From Hamiltosporidium tvaerminnensis FI-OER-3-3 (lineage: Eukaryota > Fungi > Microsporidia), in contig CM061255.1 of NCBI GenBank assembly GCA_022605425.2, positions 124,001-188,000 on the forward strand: 64,000 nucleotides of DNA. Reading direction: 5' to 3'. The stretch's first letter is position 1. Each line of letters opens with the position of its first letter. A program made the position numbers and the translations under genes. Positions 60,308-64,000 of this stretch are shown in pieces. The notes beneath the pieces were generated by a model. That model saw nothing but the letters and a program-made list of their open reading frames with translations. It ran no database searches and was not told the DNA's origin.

Positions 60308-61040
60308 GTGGAGGGAGGATAACCACATAAAAAACTTTCTGCTTGGCAATGAGTGTGCGAAACTGGTGTGAGGTCATTGTTTGGATTTTTGGTGGGAATA
60401 AAACCACACTACATCTTCGGTTGTTCAATGAGAGTTGTTATGAGGAGGAGAGGTCTAAGAAACGGAGAAACTTTTTCTACAAATTTATTTGTAGTTTTTT
60501 ATGTAACCAGATTGCAGACCGCAGCTGAACATGTAGGTAATTGCCATGTAAAAGCATGGAAACCTAGCCTTGCTCACTCGGGTTAGAAGACTTAGCGCCT
60601 GGGAGATATAAAAATAAAACCCATTAAAAGCCGGGAGAGCTAAGTAGCAGGTTATACCTGTTGGTATGACATTGCACTGTCTAGGTGGACCCCATGTAAA
60701 TCTCTGAAATATATCTTAGCTAGAAGTTTATTGGGTTCAGAAAGTGTAGATTAAGTGGGAATGCTGCATAGTCTTGGGGGAGGCAAGGAGGGCTTCGGCC
60801 TTCGATCACACTCCATGCAACGACATTAACGAACTCCGGGCAACTGTCTCCCTCGCCTAGTAATTAGGTTCTACACACCTGGTAAATGAAAGGCTTTGGG
60901 ACATAGGTATCGCAGGGGTTACCGATGGAGTGTTGGGGTAGCAGTCATTTATGTTAAACCTAGAACTGCGTTAATGTCATAAAAACAAATATAACACTTG
61001 CCACTGGTTTAAAAAAAGATGTGATACTTTTAAATAAAAT
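60308..61040 (+). mobile_element. 730-nt structured non-coding repeat, young copy
   Basis: Near-identical to 45895-46626, with the same GTGGAGGGAGG start and GATGTGATACTTTTAAATAAAAT end. Confidence 0.9.
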
Positions 61041-61406
61041 AATATTTCTTATATTATTTCTTATATTATTTACAGTTTTATTTATTAATTTTTTTTCTGT
61101 TTTTTATAGATTAAGTTTTATTTATTATATTATATGTTTATAATATTCTTAGTTCTTTAATTATTAAATTATTTTTCTGTTTTTTATAGATTAGGTTTTA
61201 TTTCTTATATTTTATGTTTATAATTTTAATATTAAATTTACGGTTCTTATTTTAAGAATTAATTTTAATATACATATTTAGAAAGATAATGTAGTATTCA
61301 TATCTTTCTATTATAAGTCAACAAAGAAATATATTTTTAATTTATTAGAAATTAATTATTCATCAAATTAAATCAAGAGATTATTCCATCATTTAAATAG
61401 AATTAT

Positions 61407-61475
61407 TATTTAAATAAATTCTAGGTTAAAATATTTTTACAATTTTTATATGTTTTCTTCTACCTCTTTAACCAC
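61407..61475 (-). mobile_element. 69-bp insertion of the extreme 3' end of the R4/Dong-like element, with 15-bp TSD
   Basis: Matches 48100-48165 (GGTTAAAAT...TTCTTCTACCTCTTT.ACCACT); perfect direct repeat TTTAAATAGAATTAT at 61392-61406 and 61476-61490. Confidence 0.8.
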
Positions 61476-61642
61476 TTTAAATAGAATTATAAATATCAAT
61501 TAAAATTATTTATTGATTCGAAATTTTTGTTCTTCAATTGAAAAAAGTTAACAAATTATTTCAAATTTATATTTTTTTTTATTGAATTTAATTGCTTATT
61601 TGGTGTAATTATATTATAATTGAAGAGAATATTTACATTTAA

Positions 61643-61933
61643 TAAAATTCTGAGTTAAAATATTTTTTACTGTTTTTTTATATATTTTCTTTCACCTCTT
61701 AAATCATTATTTAATAAAATTATTGGTTAAAATATTTTTTACTGTTTTTATATATTTTCTTTCACCTTTCAAATGATAACTAAATTTATTTAATAAAATT
61801 CTGAGTTAAAATATTTTTTACTGTTTTTTTTATATTTTCTTTCACCTTTCAAATGATTTATTTAATAAAATTATTGGTTAAAATATTTTTTTTACCATTT
61901 TTATATATTTTCTTTCAGCTCTTTTAATTTAAA
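61643..61933 (-). mobile_element. Four head-to-tail ~70-bp R4/Dong 3'-end units inside one 17-bp TSD
   Basis: Units AATAAAATT(CTGA/ATTG)GTTAAAATATTTTTT..TATATTTTCTTTCA(C/G)CT x4; direct repeat AGAATATTTACATTTAA at 61626-61642 and 61934-61950. Confidence 0.75.
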
Positions 61934-62360
61934 AGAATATTTACATTTAAAATAAATAATTTTTACTTTTTTGTTTGATAAAAAATTAACGGTATTTCTT
62001 TGCTATAAAAAGATTGATTTTAAAGACACAATTTTTTTTGGTATTTTGTTATAAAAAAGTTGAAATATAAAAAAATATTAAGAAAAAAACTGTTTATTTC
62101 TTAAATTTCTTTATAATCAGGAACTTACAATCAGATTAAAAAAATTAAAACATTCTTTATTTGTAATAATTAAGTAATTAACATTTTTTTTAGGAAAAAT
62201 TAGAAGAAAAGTCAAAAATTAAGAGAATTTGGAGAAATTAAATATGTAAATACTTACAGTGAGAATATTCAATTAGAACAAAGTAAGAATAATCTGATAT
62301 AATTTGTACAAATGAAGTAAATTAAAATGTATTTAAATGATAAAAAAATGAACCCCTAAA

Positions 62361-62819
62361 ATGAAATTTGTTGTATGTTTTTTGGTTTTTTTCAATTTTC
62401 TAGCTTTTGGTGTTTTATGTGCCAGTGTAGGAGGAAGTTATAAGCAACCAGACGATAATCCGGTTTTAGTATCTCATAAACGTGTTGGAACAGATTATGA
62501 ACCTGCTATTGTTTCTGATTCTGAAAAGAGGGAATTAAGAGTTTTTGAAAAAACTGAAAGCGAATTCTCAGAAACTGGGCAAGCAAAACCTAAAGAGAAG
62601 GGTGATGAAACAAGTCAAATTGTTTCTAATGGTGATGTTCCACATCGTGAAAGTGATGAGAAAAAAGTCGGATGTTTTGGACGTTGTTTCGGTAAGAAAA
62701 AAAGTAGGGTGAAAGCAAATCCAAAACCCAGTACATTACCTCCTTCAAATCTCTCTGAAGAAGAAAGCAATCCTGTATTAAAACGCCGGAATTCTTGTGA
62801 CGTTATTGATAATCAATAA
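62361..62819 (+). CDS. Small secreted, mostly disordered hypothetical protein (152 aa)
   Basis: Clear signal peptide MKFVVCFLVFFNFLAFGVLCA; CCCC at 62353-62356; hydrophilic body. Confidence 0.85.
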   Translation: MKFVVCFLVFFNFLAFGVLCASVGGSYKQPDDNPVLVSHKRVGTDYEPAIVSDSEKRELRVFEKTESEFSETGQAKPKEKGDETSQIVSNGDVPHRESDEKKVGCFGRCFGKKKSRVKANPKPSTLPPSNLSEEESNPVLKRRNSCDVIDNQ

Positions 62820-64000
62820 ATTTTTATTGATTTTTATTTTATTATTTTCGTATGTTTAATATTCTTAAGATAAAACTATAATTACCGTTCCTTAAATTTA
62901 AGTATTCTAATCAATTCCACACCAAATTTTTTATATTATATAAAATACATAATGTTAGATTGTATAATATTCTATAATATTTTATAATTTTCTATAATAT
63001 CGTATTATAGAAGATATTATTCTAGAAGCTCTTTTAATTAGATAGAAATTTATAAATTTATTTAATTTTTGATGCTTTTACGTGATTTTATTTAAAATGA
63101 AATATATTTTTATATAAATTATGATATTTTACTTAAAATTTAAATGAATTTTTATATAAATCTATAAATATTCTATTAAAAAAGTATTTAAATCGTGAAA
63201 TATTCTATTAAAGAATTATTTGAATCTATAAATATTCTATTAAAAAAGTATTTAATCTATAAATATTTTATTATTAAAAAAGTATTTAAATAGATTTTAT
63301 TTGGACTTGAAAAAGGCAAATTAAAATATCAAATAAATATTAAAAAACCCAATAAACCGCTCGTTTAATCTTGAAAATAAATTCTAATTATGATTAATAT
63401 ACTTTAAAAAGTAATTAGCGAAATAATATATTAGTTGGTAATAAATTATAAAAGCAAATTGTAATAAAATTTATAATACATATGATATATTACATAGTTT
63501 CTTAACTTAATATGCTTTTTGTTAAATAAATGTTTTTTCTTTGTCAATGTATAGCTCAAAATATATTTCTTGAACAATATTTTAATTTAAGAATTTTATA
63601 TATCTTTTGTAGGTTTCATTGGTTTATTATTAAAATTTATTACTTTAAAAATATATTCGGTAAAAATATTCTATATTAAGAATATTTCATATCTTAAAAA
63701 TTTTAAATTAACTAAATGACTTGAATTTTTTAAATCGGAAATTGTAGATTTTAAAGTTATTAAACCTATTAAAGTTATTAAAATCTTATAAAAATAAAAA
63801 AAGATTTATTTTAAAAACTTATAATACCATTTGAAGGTCAATTAATTTAATAATATTATATTTTAGGAATTCCAAATAATATATATAATTGGAATCTTTC
63901 AACCATTCAATAGATTTTTTTTTATCTTTTCAGTTATCAAATCTAATTATAAATATTGTAAATAGTTTGATATTGGTACTTTTAAATTTCTATTAGAGCT

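Noticed and set aside
60308-61040. 730-nt element as a group I or II intron, solo LTR, MITE or rRNA fragment
   Set aside because: There is no group II domain V. Group I-like words (CCGCAGC, AAGACT/AGTCTT) are not kept in all copies. There are no TG..CA ends or TIRs, no recognisable rRNA signature, and no interrupted host gene. Not formally excluded without a covariance search.
61643-61933. CRISPR-like array
   Set aside because: Eukaryotic context, no cas genes, linkers are short and related to each other, and the repeats derive from a LINE tail.

Overview
Very AT-rich eukaryotic DNA. My inference is a large-genome microsporidian, most like Hamiltosporidium, based on intronless genes, CCC/GGG motifs just upstream of ATGs, an alternative oxidase, an expanded-family-type LRR protein and many R4/Dong-type retroelement remnants. 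Two compact housekeeping islands (1-4.2 kb: a large frameshifted gene and acidic ribosomal protein P1; 49.8-54.9 kb: CorA, AOX, enolase) are saturated with an AACACCC/GGGTGTT repeat motif. The rest of the window is TE-rich and holds isolated secreted-protein or LRR genes, two decayed secreted-protein genes and layered retroelements: RLE (R4/Dong-like) LINE fragments, a decayed APE-type LINE, two bipartite non-autonomous RTE elements, a tRNA-derived SINE, and tiny LINE 3'-end insertions including a 4-unit concatemer inside one target-site duplication (TSD). The most striking unexplained signal is a ~730-nt non-coding element present as six full-length copies plus one short relative. The copies show compensatory base changes in hairpins, long-range helices and a pseudoknot, which points to a mobile, highly structured RNA. 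All homology calls were made by eye from motifs; no searches were run, and boundaries of decayed elements are approximate.
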